Assembly: GCA_963748015.1 (NCBI GenBank)
Contig: CAVVHE010000005.1
Coordinates: 448,001-512,000 of the forward strand
Origin: Terriglobia bacterium
Lineage (GTDB): Bacteria > Acidobacteriota > Polarisedimenticolia > Polarisedimenticolales > JAIQFR01
Length of the DNA: 64,000 nucleotides
Reading direction: 5' to 3'
Part shown: positions 1 through 9,034 of the stretch, piece after piece
How the letters are laid out: every line of letters begins with the position of its first letter
Position numbering within the stretch: position 1 is the stretch's first letter
The notes under the pieces: generated by a model
What the model was told of the DNA's origin: nothing
The model's database searches: none
Seen by the model: the letters and a program-made list of their open reading frames with translations, nothing else
Translations under genes and position numbers: made by a program

Positions 1-770
1 TCGACCACGCGGCGGATTCGCTCGACACCATCGAGAGCGAGGCGGACGTGAAGGCGGCCCGTGGCCGCGTGAGCGTCGTCCTGTCGCCGCACTCCGCCCA
101 CACCGTGTCCACGACGCTCCTCAAGGCGCTGGCGGGGCGCGCCACCGCGTCGGGCGAGATCCTCTCGATCCACCTCGCCGAGACCGACGACGAGAGCGCC
201 ATGATCCAGGACGGCTCCGGGCCGTTTCCGGATCTCTTCCGGGCGCGCGGCGTCTGGGACGACGGGTGGCGCGCTCCCGGCAGCTCGCCGGTGGAGTACC
301 TCGACCGGCTCGGCGTGCTGTCGCGGCGCACCCTCGCGATCCACTGCATCCACCTCGGCCAGCAGGATCACTCGAAGCTGCAGGCTCGCGGCGTGACCGT
401 CGTGACCTGCCCGAGGAGCAACCTGCGCCTCGCCGTGGGGAAGACACCCGTCCCGAAGCTCCTCTCCGCGGGTGTCCCGGTCGCCCTCGGCACCGACTCT
501 CTGGCCAGCGTGTCGAATCTCGACATGTTCGCGGAGATGGCCGGCCTGCGCCGCGAGCACCCCACCCTCTCCCCCGCCGCGGTCCTCCGGATGGCGACGC
601 TGAACGGCGCGCGGGCGCTGAGGCTCGAGAACCAGCTCGGAACGCTCGAGAAGGGGAAGATCGCGAGGTTCGTCGCGGTCCCGCTGGCGGATCCGGGAGA
701 CGACCCCCTCGAGACCGTGACCTCGGGCCCCGCGAGCGTCGAGCCGCTTCCCGGAACCTCCGCCGCCTAG
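1..770 (+). CDS. Amidohydrolase-family metallo-deaminase (MTA/SAH- or aminofutalosine-deaminase-like), 5'-truncated by the window edge
   Basis: Frame is open from position 3; motifs SPHSAHT, HLAET, HCIH, CPRSN, LGTDSLAS and the C-terminal GTLEKGKIA of the amidohydrolase superfamily. Confidence 0.8.
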   Translation, partial: DHAADSLDTIESEADVKAARGRVSVVLSPHSAHTVSTTLLKALAGRATASGEILSIHLAETDDESAMIQDGSGPFPDLFRARGVWDDGWRAPGSSPVEYLDRLGVLSRRTLAIHCIHLGQQDHSKLQARGVTVVTCPRSNLRLAVGKTPVPKLLSAGVPVALGTDSLASVSNLDMFAEMAGLRREHPTLSPAAVLRMATLNGARALRLENQLGTLEKGKIARFVAVPLADPGDDPLETVTSGPASVEPLPGTSAA

Positions 771-782
771 GATCTCGCGGCG

Positions 783-937
783 GACGTTCGCAGCCGAACA
801 CGACCCGCGCGGCACGCTGCGGCGTTGCGCGGCGAGAGTCGCCGCGCCGCCTTGCTCCGCTTTTCTCGCGGCCTTCTAGGGAAGAACCGGCCGCGAGAAA
901 AGAGGGCCGCTTCGGGTCGTGTTCGGCTGCGAACGTC
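783..937 (+). repeat. Structured intergenic repeat, copy 1 (155 bp)
   Basis: Perfect 25-bp inverted arms 783-807/913-937; core GCACGCT...CGCCGCGCCG..GCTCCGCTTTT-hairpin-GAAAAGAGGGC shared with four other copies. Confidence 0.9.
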
Positions 938-990
938 TTGTGACGTATGCAAGCGTCCTGCGGTTCCCGCTCTCGTCCATCGGAGGTGTC

Positions 991-1836
991 ATGAGCACCA
1001 GTGATCCGTGTATGGATTCTCCCTCGTACCGGATGGCGTACGAGGACGTGGACTTCCTGGGCCGCGACGAGCTGCGCTCCGTGAGGCTCGAGCTGGAGCT
1101 GCTGAAGGCGGACCTGGTGCAGCGCGAGCACGGGATCGTCTCGACGATCGTCGTGTTCGGCAGCGCGCGGATCCCGGAGCCCGCCGAGGCGAAGCGGTGC
1201 CTCGAGGCCGCCGAGGCGGCGGCGAAGGCGAGCCCCGGCGACGCGGCCGCGCGGGCGGGGCTCGAGCGGGCGCGGCGCATCGCGCGGAGCGCCCGGTACT
1301 ACGAGGAGGCCCGCGAGTTCAGCCGCATCGTCTCCTCCACCTGCCAGCTCGGCTCGCGCCGCGACTACGTGGTGGTCACCGGGGGAGGGCCCGGGATCAT
1401 GGAGGCGGCGAACCGGGGGGCGCACGACGCGGGCGCGAAGAGCGTCGGGCTCAACATCGTGCTGCCGCACGAGCAGCGGCCCAACCCGTACGTCACGCCG
1501 GAGCTGTGCTTCAGGTTCCGTTACTTCGCGATCCGCAAGATGCACTTCCTCATGCGGGCGAAGGCGCTCGTGGCGTTTCCCGGCGGGTACGGCACCTTCG
1601 ACGAGCTGTTCGAGACGCTGACGCTCATCCAGACCGGAAAGGTGCCCCCGGTACCTATCATCCTTTTCGGCCGCGAGTTCTGGGATCGCGCGATCCGTTT
1701 CGACGTGCTCGTGGAGGAGGGGGTGATCTCGGAGAGCGACAGGGAGCTGTTCACCTACGCGGAAACCGCCCGGGAGGCCTGGGAGACGATCTCGGCCTTC
1801 CACGCCGGGATCGATCATCGCATGCCGGAGATCTGA
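991..1836 (+). CDS. LOG family nucleotide monophosphate phosphoribohydrolase (TIGR00730-like Rossmann-fold protein)
   Basis: VFGSAR, TGGGPGIMEAANRGA, FRYFAIRKMHF and PGGYGTFDE motifs; ATG 991 preceded by GGAGGTG. Confidence 0.9.
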   Translation: MSTSDPCMDSPSYRMAYEDVDFLGRDELRSVRLELELLKADLVQREHGIVSTIVVFGSARIPEPAEAKRCLEAAEAAAKASPGDAAARAGLERARRIARSARYYEEAREFSRIVSSTCQLGSRRDYVVVTGGGPGIMEAANRGAHDAGAKSVGLNIVLPHEQRPNPYVTPELCFRFRYFAIRKMHFLMRAKALVAFPGGYGTFDELFETLTLIQTGKVPPVPIILFGREFWDRAIRFDVLVEEGVISESDRELFTYAETAREAWETISAFHAGIDHRMPEI

Positions 1837-1843
1837 CCTTCCT

Positions 1844-2965
1844 TCAGGGCGAGGGCGCGCGGCCGTCCAGGATCGCGAGCGCGCAGGAGAGCGCAGCGGC
1901 GGGAGAGATCCCCGCCATCAGCTCGCGCCAGCTCTCCGGCTCCTCGCGGCCGCTCGTCGCCGCCCCGCCGGCCGGCTCGGGGACGAGGCTGTAGCCGTTC
2001 GAGGCGTAGGGCCCCCAGCGCGCGGGCCCGTGGGCCGAGGAGGGGGGCTGGACGAGCAGCGTGGGCGTACCGAGCGCGGCCGCGAGATGCAGGGGGCCCG
2101 TGCCGTTGCCGATCGCGAGGGAGGCGGCCTGCACGAGCGCCGGCAGGGTCGCGAGGTCGCCGGTGAAGCGCGCCATGCGCCGGGTCGAGAGGTCGGCCGC
2201 GTCGAGGAGCCGCGACGTCGCCTCGTCGGCGGGACCGATCGAGAAGACGACGTGCACCCCTTCCCCGGCGAGCAACGTCGCGAGCCGGACGAAGTGCCCC
2301 GCCGGCCAGGGAGGGCAGGACGCTCCCCCGCTCTCCGGCCGGATCACCACGAAAGGTCTTCGGATGCCGTGCTCGCCGAGCCACACCGTCGCGCTCTCGG
2401 TGGCCGCCGCCGGGATCACGAGCGGGAAGCAGGCCGGGCCGCCGGGCGCGCCGCAGCGGTGCGCGTAGGCGAGCGCGACCTCCACCTCGTGGCGATCCCG
2501 CGCGGCGCGTCTCTCGTCCACGCGCCGCTCGAAGAGCGCCGAGTAGACCCGGCCCCCGGGACCCACCCGGTGCCGGATCCTCGCCGTGGCCGCCGCCCAC
2601 GGGACTCTCCCGCCGGCGGACATCGAGACGAACAGGTCGGCGCGGAACGCCTTCAGCATCGACGGGAAACGGCTCGCGTCCGCCGTGTCCTCGATCACCT
2701 GGTCTACACCCCCCACGAGGCGGGCGAGCGGCGCGGTGCTCGGGCGGACGAGGAGCCCGAGCCAGGCCGACGGATAGGCCCCCCGCAGCGCCGCTACGGC
2801 CGGCAACGAGAGCACGAGCGGTCCGAGCGGCTCCGTGCGGGCCACCAGGATCCTGCGCACGCCGGCGAATCTCTCGCCCCGCTCGCGGACCTCCTCCGCT
2901 CGCCTCGCGACCTGCTGCACACGCGCACGAGCCGGCACCCGACGTCCTCCCGGTAGCGAGAACAT
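1844..2965 (-). CDS. Glycosyltransferase family 9 (LPS heptosyltransferase-like)
   Basis: RILVARTEPLGPLVLSLPA N-terminal motif and IGNGTGPLHLAAALGTPT; real start taken at ATG 2965 inside the longer ORF. Confidence 0.8.
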   Translation of the reverse strand: MFSLPGGRRVPARARVQQVARRAEEVRERGERFAGVRRILVARTEPLGPLVLSLPAVAALRGAYPSAWLGLLVRPSTAPLARLVGGVDQVIEDTADASRFPSMLKAFRADLFVSMSAGGRVPWAAATARIRHRVGPGGRVYSALFERRVDERRAARDRHEVEVALAYAHRCGAPGGPACFPLVIPAAATESATVWLGEHGIRRPFVVIRPESGGASCPPWPAGHFVRLATLLAGEGVHVVFSIGPADEATSRLLDAADLSTRRMARFTGDLATLPALVQAASLAIGNGTGPLHLAAALGTPTLLVQPPSSAHGPARWGPYASNGYSLVPEPAGGAATSGREEPESWRELMAGISPAAALSCALAILDGRAPSP

Positions 2966-3041
2966 AGACCCCTCGCGGCGCCGCGTCGAGTGGGCCTCAC
3001 GCGTCAGTCGGCCGGCACGCGACCGCCGCGAACCGGTCGGC

Positions 3042-3207
3042 CGGCACGAGGCCGCAGTGGACCCGGACCGTCCTCCCTCAGCACGCTCGCCGGTTCGCGA
3101 TTCGCCGCGCCGGCTCGCTCCGCTTTTCGCGCGCCGGCCAACGAAGAGCCGGCGCGCGAAAAGAGGGCTTCGGGAGGGCGGTCCGGGTCCACTGCGGCCT
3201 CGTGCCG
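3042..3207 (+). repeat. Structured intergenic repeat, copy 2 (166 bp)
   Basis: 36-bp inverted arms 3042-3077/3172-3207 (one G-T pair); same core with inner hairpin CTTTTCGCGCGCCGGC/GCCGGCGCGCGAAAAG. Confidence 0.9.
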
Positions 3208-3280
3208 TGGGACGGGGTCCGTTGCCGGGACGAATGCCGGCCGGGATTTGCAGGCCGCTTGAAGCTAGAATCCCTTTCTC

Positions 3281-3991
3281 ATGAACCTGCACCTCGTCCT
3301 GTTCGATCTCGACGGCACGCTCGTGGACTGCGCGGGGGCGGGTCGCCGCGCGATCGAGGCGGCGTTCCGGGAGGTGTTCGACCTTCCCGACATCGAGGGG
3401 CCGTCGAAGCGTGTCCGCTTCGAGGGGAAGACCGATCCGGTCATCGTCGAGGAGATCGCGCGGGAGGCGGGGCTGCCCGGCGACAGCGTCGCCGCCGCGG
3501 AGGAAGCGTTCCGCGCCTCGTATCTCGCCGCGCTTCGAGCCGAGCTCGCCCGTCCCGATCCGCGGCGGCGCATCATGCCGGGCGTTCGCGAGCTCCTCGA
3601 CGCCCTCGGCAACCGCCCGGACGTCCTGCTGGGGCTCCTCACCGGCAACATCGAGGAAGGGGCGCGAGCGAAGCTCGAGCCGTTCGGCCTCAACCGCTAC
3701 TTCCCGTCCGGGGGCTTCTCCTCCGACCACCGGGACCGCTCCGAGATCGCCCGCCTCGCGCACGAGAAGACGTCGCGCCACGCCGGCGCCGTGATTCCTC
3801 CCGGCCGCGTCTCGGTCATCGGCGACACCGAGCTCGACATCTCCTGCGCGCGCGCCAACGGCTTCCGAGCCATCGCCGTCTACTCCGGCTGGGTCCCCCA
3901 CGACCGTCTCGCCGCCGCCCACCCCGACTTCCTCTTCGAGGACCTCTCCGACCTCCCCGCCGTTCTCACCGCCCTCGGCCTGCCTGCCTGA
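3281..3991 (+). CDS. HAD-superfamily hydrolase (phosphoglycolate phosphatase-like)
   Basis: FDLDGTLVD motif I, LTGN motif II, IGDTELD motif IV. Confidence 0.9.
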   Translation: MNLHLVLFDLDGTLVDCAGAGRRAIEAAFREVFDLPDIEGPSKRVRFEGKTDPVIVEEIAREAGLPGDSVAAAEEAFRASYLAALRAELARPDPRRRIMPGVRELLDALGNRPDVLLGLLTGNIEEGARAKLEPFGLNRYFPSGGFSSDHRDRSEIARLAHEKTSRHAGAVIPPGRVSVIGDTELDISCARANGFRAIAVYSGWVPHDRLAAAHPDFLFEDLSDLPAVLTALGLPA

Positions 3992-4027
3992 CCGGTGTCC
4001 CCCGCGTTTGGGCCTCGGTTTGCGGGG

Positions 4028-4183
4028 GGCGTTGCTTGCGGACGCAGGGCCCCCTCCCAGGGCACGCTCGCCGGGTCGCGATTTGCCGCGCCGGCTCGCT
4101 CCGCTTTCGGCGCGCCTGCTGCGGAATAGCAGGCGCGCCGAAAGAGGGCCCTGGGAGGGGGCCCTGCGTCCGCAAGCAACGCC
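4028..4183 (+). repeat. Structured intergenic repeat, copy 3 (156 bp)
   Basis: Perfect 36-bp inverted arms 4028-4063/4148-4183; same core, inner hairpin CTTTCGGCGCGCCTGCT/AGCAGGCGCGCCGAAAG. Confidence 0.9.
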
Positions 4184-4311
4184 GGTGGTCGAAGTCAACG
4201 GTTGGCGGATCCCGACGACGAACTACTCGACCCAGCGGCGCGATCGTGGAGTCGGGGTCAACACCACCAGGTCGGGGGGGCCGTCGTTCCTCCTCGCGGA
4301 CTGCGGCCTCA

Positions 4312-4477
4312 CGCCGGCGAGGGGTCCGGGCGCAGGACCGTCCTTCGGAAGCCCTCTTTTCGCGCGCCCGCTATTCCTCGGCGGGCGCGCGAAAAGCGGA
4401 GCGAGCCGGAGCGGCGGCACGCGAACCGGCGAGCGTGCTGACGAAGGACGGTCCTGCGCCCGGACCCCTCGCCGGCG
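4312..4477 (-). repeat. Structured intergenic repeat, copy 4 (166 bp, inverted)
   Basis: Perfect 36-bp inverted arms 4312-4347/4442-4477; reverse complement of the same core. Confidence 0.9.
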
Positions 4478-4508
4478 CGCGACCGGCTTCAACGTGAGGA
4501 GGTGACCT

Positions 4509-5264
4509 TCACTTCAGCCCGCGCTGCTTCTCGGTGAGCTTGGCGTACTTGTAGAAGGTCTGCTCGAGGTAGCCGAAGGCGATGACGAAGCCGGCCCAGC
4601 CGTCGAGGAAGCCGAGGCGGAGGACGTAGATCTTGAAGAACGAGGCTAGGCCGTGCGCGAGCCCCTGCCCCATGCTCGCGCGGACACCGCGCGCTTCGAG
4701 GCGCTCGGCGCCGAGGGTCGAGTAACGCTGCCACTTGGCGATGCTCTGGGCGAGGTCCTTGTACGGGATCTGCCGGATCGGGTGCTCGAGACGACCGAGC
4801 GTGCCGGTGACTTCGTACCGCTCGTGCACGGGGTCCTCGAGGTAGCGGAGCCTCCCCTTGCGGAACAGCTGCGGCTGCCGGTAGTCGGGGTACCAGCCGG
4901 AGTGGCGGATCGGGCGTCCGAGGAAGCGGTTCCGCCGCGGGACGAGGTACGCGTCCGCGGCGTCGGCGCGGGCGACGGTCGCGAGGATCTCGTCGCGCGC
5001 CTCCGTGGTGCACCGCTCGTCCGAGTCGAGGCTGAAGATCCACTCGTGGGCGCAGCGCGCGACCGCCTCGTTCCTCAGCTTTCCGAATCCCTGGAACGGG
5101 ATCTGCTCGATCCGCTCGGTGTACCGCCGCGCGATCTCGAGTGTCCGGTCGGTGCTGAACGAGTCGGCGATCACGATCTCGTCGGCCCAGGTGATGCTCA
5201 GAAGGGCCTCCTCGATCTTGTCCTCCTCGTTGAACGTCAGGATGTAGGCGGAGATCTTCGGCAT
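4509..5264 (-). CDS. Glycosyltransferase family 2 (WaaE/KdtX-like LPS glucosyltransferase)
   Basis: ISAYILTFNEE, DSFSTDRT, LDSDER, GWYPDY, VHE and GFLDGWAGF motifs. Confidence 0.9.
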   Translation of the reverse strand: MPKISAYILTFNEEDKIEEALLSITWADEIVIADSFSTDRTLEIARRYTERIEQIPFQGFGKLRNEAVARCAHEWIFSLDSDERCTTEARDEILATVARADAADAYLVPRRNRFLGRPIRHSGWYPDYRQPQLFRKGRLRYLEDPVHERYEVTGTLGRLEHPIRQIPYKDLAQSIAKWQRYSTLGAERLEARGVRASMGQGLAHGLASFFKIYVLRLGFLDGWAGFVIAFGYLEQTFYKYAKLTEKQRGLK

Positions 5265-5295
5265 GGCCTCCTCCTCGCGGCGCGCCAGGGACCCG

Positions 5296-6345
5296 TCACC
5301 GCCGGTATCGTAACTCGCGAACGCGTGCGCGGAGCGTCTCCCACGCGACGAGGGCGCGGAATCCCAACGCCTCGAGCGGGCCGTGCGCGCGCCCCTCCCA
5401 GGGGGCGGTCACCGGCGTCCGGGGAACGTAGCCGAAGCGGGTCTTGGGCTTGGCCCCCCACTTGCGGACGAACACGAGGCGCGCCTCGTTCTCCCTCCGG
5501 ATCCAGTCGGCGCTCTGCACGGACCGTCGCTTCGCGGCGGCGCCCTCCTCGCCGAACCGCAGGCTCGCCCCCGAGAAATGGTAGGGGGCGATCGACGGCG
5601 TCCTCACCAGCTCGGCGCCGCGCAGCTTGAGCCGGAGGAAGAGGTCGGGATCGTGGTAGGGACCGGGGAAGCGCTCGTCCGCCCCGCCCACCGCAAGGAA
5701 CAGGCTCCGCTCGATGAAGAACGGGTAGTTCACGCCGGGCGCCAGCGTCCCCAGCGGCAGCTCCTCGTGAAACGCGTCGAGCCGGTCGAGGTCGAGGCGC
5801 TCGGGGTCGGATCCGAGATCGAGGGGGTAGCAGCAGTCGGCCATGTGGCGCCCGGAACGCGGCGCCTCGACGGCGGCGGTGCTGAGCACCCGCCCCGGGG
5901 ACAGGAGCGAAGCGGCGCGCTCGCGCCACGTCCGGGGAAACGCCATGTCGTCGTTGACGACGAACAGCCACTCGCCCGAGGCGAGCTCCACGGCGCGGTT
6001 GAGCGCGCGGGTGATCCCCACGTTGCGCTCCTCGTAGCGGGCCGAGACCGCGAAGCCGGCCCGGGCGAGGCGTAGCTCGGAGGCGGCGATCCCCTCCGCC
6101 GACGCCGCCCCTCCCCCGTCGCCGTAGACCGCCACCTCGATCCCCGCGGGGTCGGGGGTGCGCAAGAGCGACCGCACGCAGCAGGCCAGGTGGCCCACCG
6201 CGCGATAGGTGGTGATGACGATCGAGATGGCGGGGCGGATCCCGGTTCCTCCGTCTCGACTCGGGACAGCAGGGATCAGTTGTCGTCGTACAGGTGGAAC
6301 TCGAACGGCTGCGGCCTCGGCCTCATGAGCTCTCTCTCGCCTCAC
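5296..6345 (-). CDS. Glycosyltransferase family 2 (start uncertain)
   Basis: ISIVITTY, NVGITRALN, VNDDM and GGADERF...DPDLFLR motifs. Confidence 0.75.
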   Translation of the reverse strand: MRRERAHEAEAAAVRVPPVRRQLIPAVPSRDGGTGIRPAISIVITTYRAVGHLACCVRSLLRTPDPAGIEVAVYGDGGGAASAEGIAASELRLARAGFAVSARYEERNVGITRALNRAVELASGEWLFVVNDDMAFPRTWRERAASLLSPGRVLSTAAVEAPRSGRHMADCCYPLDLGSDPERLDLDRLDAFHEELPLGTLAPGVNYPFFIERSLFLAVGGADERFPGPYHDPDLFLRLKLRGAELVRTPSIAPYHFSGASLRFGEEGAAAKRRSVQSADWIRRENEARLVFVRKWGAKPKTRFGYVPRTPVTAPWEGRAHGPLEALGFRALVAWETLRARVRELRYRR

Positions 6346-7042
6346 GAGCGGCGCGGAGGATGATGGACCCGAACATTTCCCTCGTCAACCTGCCGGTCTG
6401 CGTGTTCTGACGGCTCGGGTGATAGGAGCCGAGCAGGATCACCGGCCGCCTCGGAAGGCGCAGGGCGACCCGCGTTTCGGCGCCGTGGGCGAACGCCGGC
6501 CTCGGCCGCGGGACCGCGCCGGCGCCCGCGGCCCGGGCCTGGCGGATCACCGTGTCCCAGGCGATCTTGCCGAGAGCCAAGACGACGCGAACCTCTTCGA
6601 GGAGCTCGATCTCGCGCTCGAGAAACGGGGCGCAGGAGTCGAGCTCCGCCGGCAAGGGCCGGTTCCCCGGCGGAGCGCAGCGGCAGGCCGCGGTGACGAA
6701 CGCGCCGCGGAGGGAGAGGCCGTCGTCGCGCGAGACGGAATCGGGCCCGCTCGCGAGGCCCGCCTCGTGCATGGCTCGCGCGAGCCACGTCCCGGACGAG
6801 TCCCCGGTGAACATCCTGCCGGTGCGGTTCGCCCCGTGCGCCGCGGGCGCCAAGCCGACGATCAGGACGCGGGCCGAAGGGTCCCCGAAGCCCGGCACGG
6901 GAAGTCCCCAGTACGTCTCGTCGCGGTACGCGCGGCGGCGGACGCGGGCCACCTCGATGCAGTGGGCTCGAAGGCGCCGGCAACGCGTGCACCCGGCGAT
7001 CTCTCGAGCGAGCCGCTCGAAGGGGACGCGGCCCCTCATCAC
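6323..7042 (-). CDS. udgB: Uracil-DNA glycosylase, family 5 (UdgB type)
   Basis: CTRC..L Fe-S ligands, GLAPAAHGANRTGRMFTGD motif A and YHPSRQNTQTG motif B. Confidence 0.85.
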   Translation of the reverse strand: MMRGRVPFERLAREIAGCTRCRRLRAHCIEVARVRRRAYRDETYWGLPVPGFGDPSARVLIVGLAPAAHGANRTGRMFTGDSSGTWLARAMHEAGLASGPDSVSRDDGLSLRGAFVTAACRCAPPGNRPLPAELDSCAPFLEREIELLEEVRVVLALGKIAWDTVIRQARAAGAGAVPRPRPAFAHGAETRVALRLPRRPVILLGSYHPSRQNTQTGRLTREMFGSIILRAAREARESS

Positions 7043-8535
7043 CTCGCGCGGAGCACGGCGACCGACTGGCGGGCGGCCACCACGAGCTCGTCCCTTCCGT
7101 CCCGGTCCAATTCGGCCGCCGCGAGGTCCACGATCCCGGGCCAGCGCGCGCGCCAGACGATTTCCCGCTTCGAGAGGTCCACGAGCGTCAGGAACCCGCC
7201 CTCCGCGAGCGCGACCTGCGTGCCGCCTCCGGGAAGGAAGCGGCCCGCCGCCATCGCGGCCACCGCACGGGAAGCGGTCCCGAAGCCGGCGCCCGGGTCT
7301 TCCCCGGCGGCGAGCCTCGCGTGTCCCGAGGGCGCCGGCGCCGTACGGTCGATCCGTCCCTCGAGGTCGCTCGAGCGAATCGTCCCGTCGGCGCCGAGAG
7401 CGAGCAGCCGCGCCGCGGCGCCCTTGCCTGCCGGCCGCACCGCGAGGGTCTCTCCCGTCCCCTCGACGCGGCGGATCCGCTTACCCTCCCGGTCGGCGAG
7501 ATAGAGGCCATCCGCGGCCGCGAGGACGAGCGCCCCTTCCGGCCGGGCGGGCGGCGACGCGTCGATCACCGCGACGTCGAGCACCGGCGAGGGGGCCGTG
7601 AACGAAGTCGTCTTCCCCGTCCAGGGATCCGAGATCGCGATCTCGACGCTCCCCGGCCGGAAGCCCACGAGCTCGGGCTGGCCGTTCCCGTCGAGGTCGG
7701 CCGCCGCGAGCCGGCCGGCGGCGCTCGTGGACCGCAGGCTCCTGGCGGTGCGCCCGCTCGGCTCGAACAGCGCGAGCTCCGGCCCCGCCTTCACCGCGAT
7801 CCGGGTGGCCTCGCCGGGAACCGGGATGGCCGCGACCCCGCTCACCGTGCCTCCGAGATCGCGCGCCCAATCCACACGGAGCCGGCCCGCCCCGGCGACG
7901 ACCTCGCCGAGAACGCGGCGCGGCCCCGCGGGATCTTCCTCGAGCAGCTCGCGCACGCGCGACGCGACCGTCTTCTCGAGTCCGGGCAGCCAGCCGTCCC
8001 AGCGCTCGCGGATTCTCCCGCGCCGGTCCGCCAGGAGGAGGAGGGGGAGCTGTCGAGGACGGAAGGCTTCTCCGACCGCTGGGCTCCAGGCCCCGACCGG
8101 CACGGTCAGCCTCAGGGACGACGCGGTGCGGCGCGCCGTCTCGACCGGCTCGTCCACGTTGACTGCGATCACCGCGAGGCCGCGAGGCTTCTCGGCCAGG
8201 TAGAGCTCCTGGAGCCGCGGCAGCTCCTGCATGCAGGGAGCGCACCACGACGCCCAGAAGTCGAGCAGCAGCAGGCTTCCCTGCGCCTGCGCCAGCGGCA
8301 GCGATCCGCCCGTGAGGAGAGGGATCGAAATCTCGGGGAGCGGCTCGAACCAGGCCGGAGCTTCGAGCGGAGTTCCGGCCGCGGGGGTCTTCCCCTCCCC
8401 GGCGGGTAGATCGACGCTCCAGGCGGCCGCGCCGCTGCCCGGCGGATTCCACGTGAGGCGCGTCGGCTCGGGCTCGGCGGCGGCCGCCAGCGACAGCAGA
8501 AGCAGTACGGAAAGGGGAGCGCTCGCGAGTCTCAT
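7039..8535 (-). CDS. Secreted TlpA/ResA-like thiol-disulfide oxidoreductase fused to an FG-GAP/beta-propeller-like region
   Basis: Signal peptide, DFWASWCAPC CxxC motif, C-terminal DLDGNGQPEL and ELDRDGRDELVV repeats. Confidence 0.75.
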   Translation of the reverse strand: MRLASAPLSVLLLLSLAAAAEPEPTRLTWNPPGSGAAAWSVDLPAGEGKTPAAGTPLEAPAWFEPLPEISIPLLTGGSLPLAQAQGSLLLLDFWASWCAPCMQELPRLQELYLAEKPRGLAVIAVNVDEPVETARRTASSLRLTVPVGAWSPAVGEAFRPRQLPLLLLADRRGRIRERWDGWLPGLEKTVASRVRELLEEDPAGPRRVLGEVVAGAGRLRVDWARDLGGTVSGVAAIPVPGEATRIAVKAGPELALFEPSGRTARSLRSTSAAGRLAAADLDGNGQPELVGFRPGSVEIAISDPWTGKTTSFTAPSPVLDVAVIDASPPARPEGALVLAAADGLYLADREGKRIRRVEGTGETLAVRPAGKGAAARLLALGADGTIRSSDLEGRIDRTAPAPSGHARLAAGEDPGAGFGTASRAVAAMAAGRFLPGGGTQVALAEGGFLTLVDLSKREIVWRARWPGIVDLAAAELDRDGRDELVVAARQSVAVLRAR

Positions 8536-8588
8536 GTGCCTGGCGATTCTAACCAGGGATCCCGCTTCGCGCACGCGGACCGGGAACG

Positions 8589-8789
8589 TCAGACGCGGGC
8601 TTCGCTCGACCGCCAGTGCAGGAAGATCTCGAACGCCTTCGAGGTCTCGATCTCGACGAAGCTCCGGTAGACCTTCCGGCGCAGCGGGTCGATCTGGTAG
8701 GTCCGATTCCCGAAGTCGAAGTTGATGACGCCGTTCTGCGCTTCCGCCTTCCGACGAGTGCTCTTGCGTGCCACGCTGCCGCCCTCCAT
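8589..8789 (-). CDS. Small hypothetical protein (66 aa or less)
   Basis: Protein-like composition (VINFDFGNRTYQIDPLRRKVYRSFVEIET), high-GC codon usage, fills the gap divergent from the sigma54 activator. Confidence 0.6.
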   Translation of the reverse strand: MEGGSVARKSTRRKAEAQNGVINFDFGNRTYQIDPLRRKVYRSFVEIETSKAFEIFLHWRSSEARV

Positions 8790-8822
8790 GCCGGACGCTG
8801 TCGTCGTCTTGTCCTTTTGTGT

Positions 8823-8838
8823 TTCAAATCCCGTACCA
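8823..8838 (-). promoter_or_regulatory. Possible sigma54 (-24/-12) promoter variant for the small gene
   Basis: Minus strand TGGTACG-GGAT-TTGAA; correct spacing but GA instead of GC at -12. Confidence 0.35.
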
Positions 8839-9034
8839 GGAATTCGCGGAACGCTTCGACGCGGTTCGCGACCGCGGGAAACTCAATGGGAATGCGGTCC
8901 GGAGAGAGACGGCGCCGTCCTGGCCGCTTGTCCGGGGCCGCGAGACCATCCGCCAAGCCGGTCACCCTGGCGCGCCAAGGCGCCGCAACTCCGCCAATGT
9001 GGCCGGATCGCCGCCATCCTTATATGATGGGTGC

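Noticed and set aside
121..1818. 565-aa minus-strand ORF and similar long overlapping ORFs throughout the window
   Set aside because: They are antisense or alternative-frame shadows of well-supported genes
2966..4198. N-terminal 410 aa of the 784-aa ORF (apparent GT9 fusion)
   Set aside because: It runs through repeat copies 2-3 and antisense to the HAD gene; the real GT9 starts near 2965
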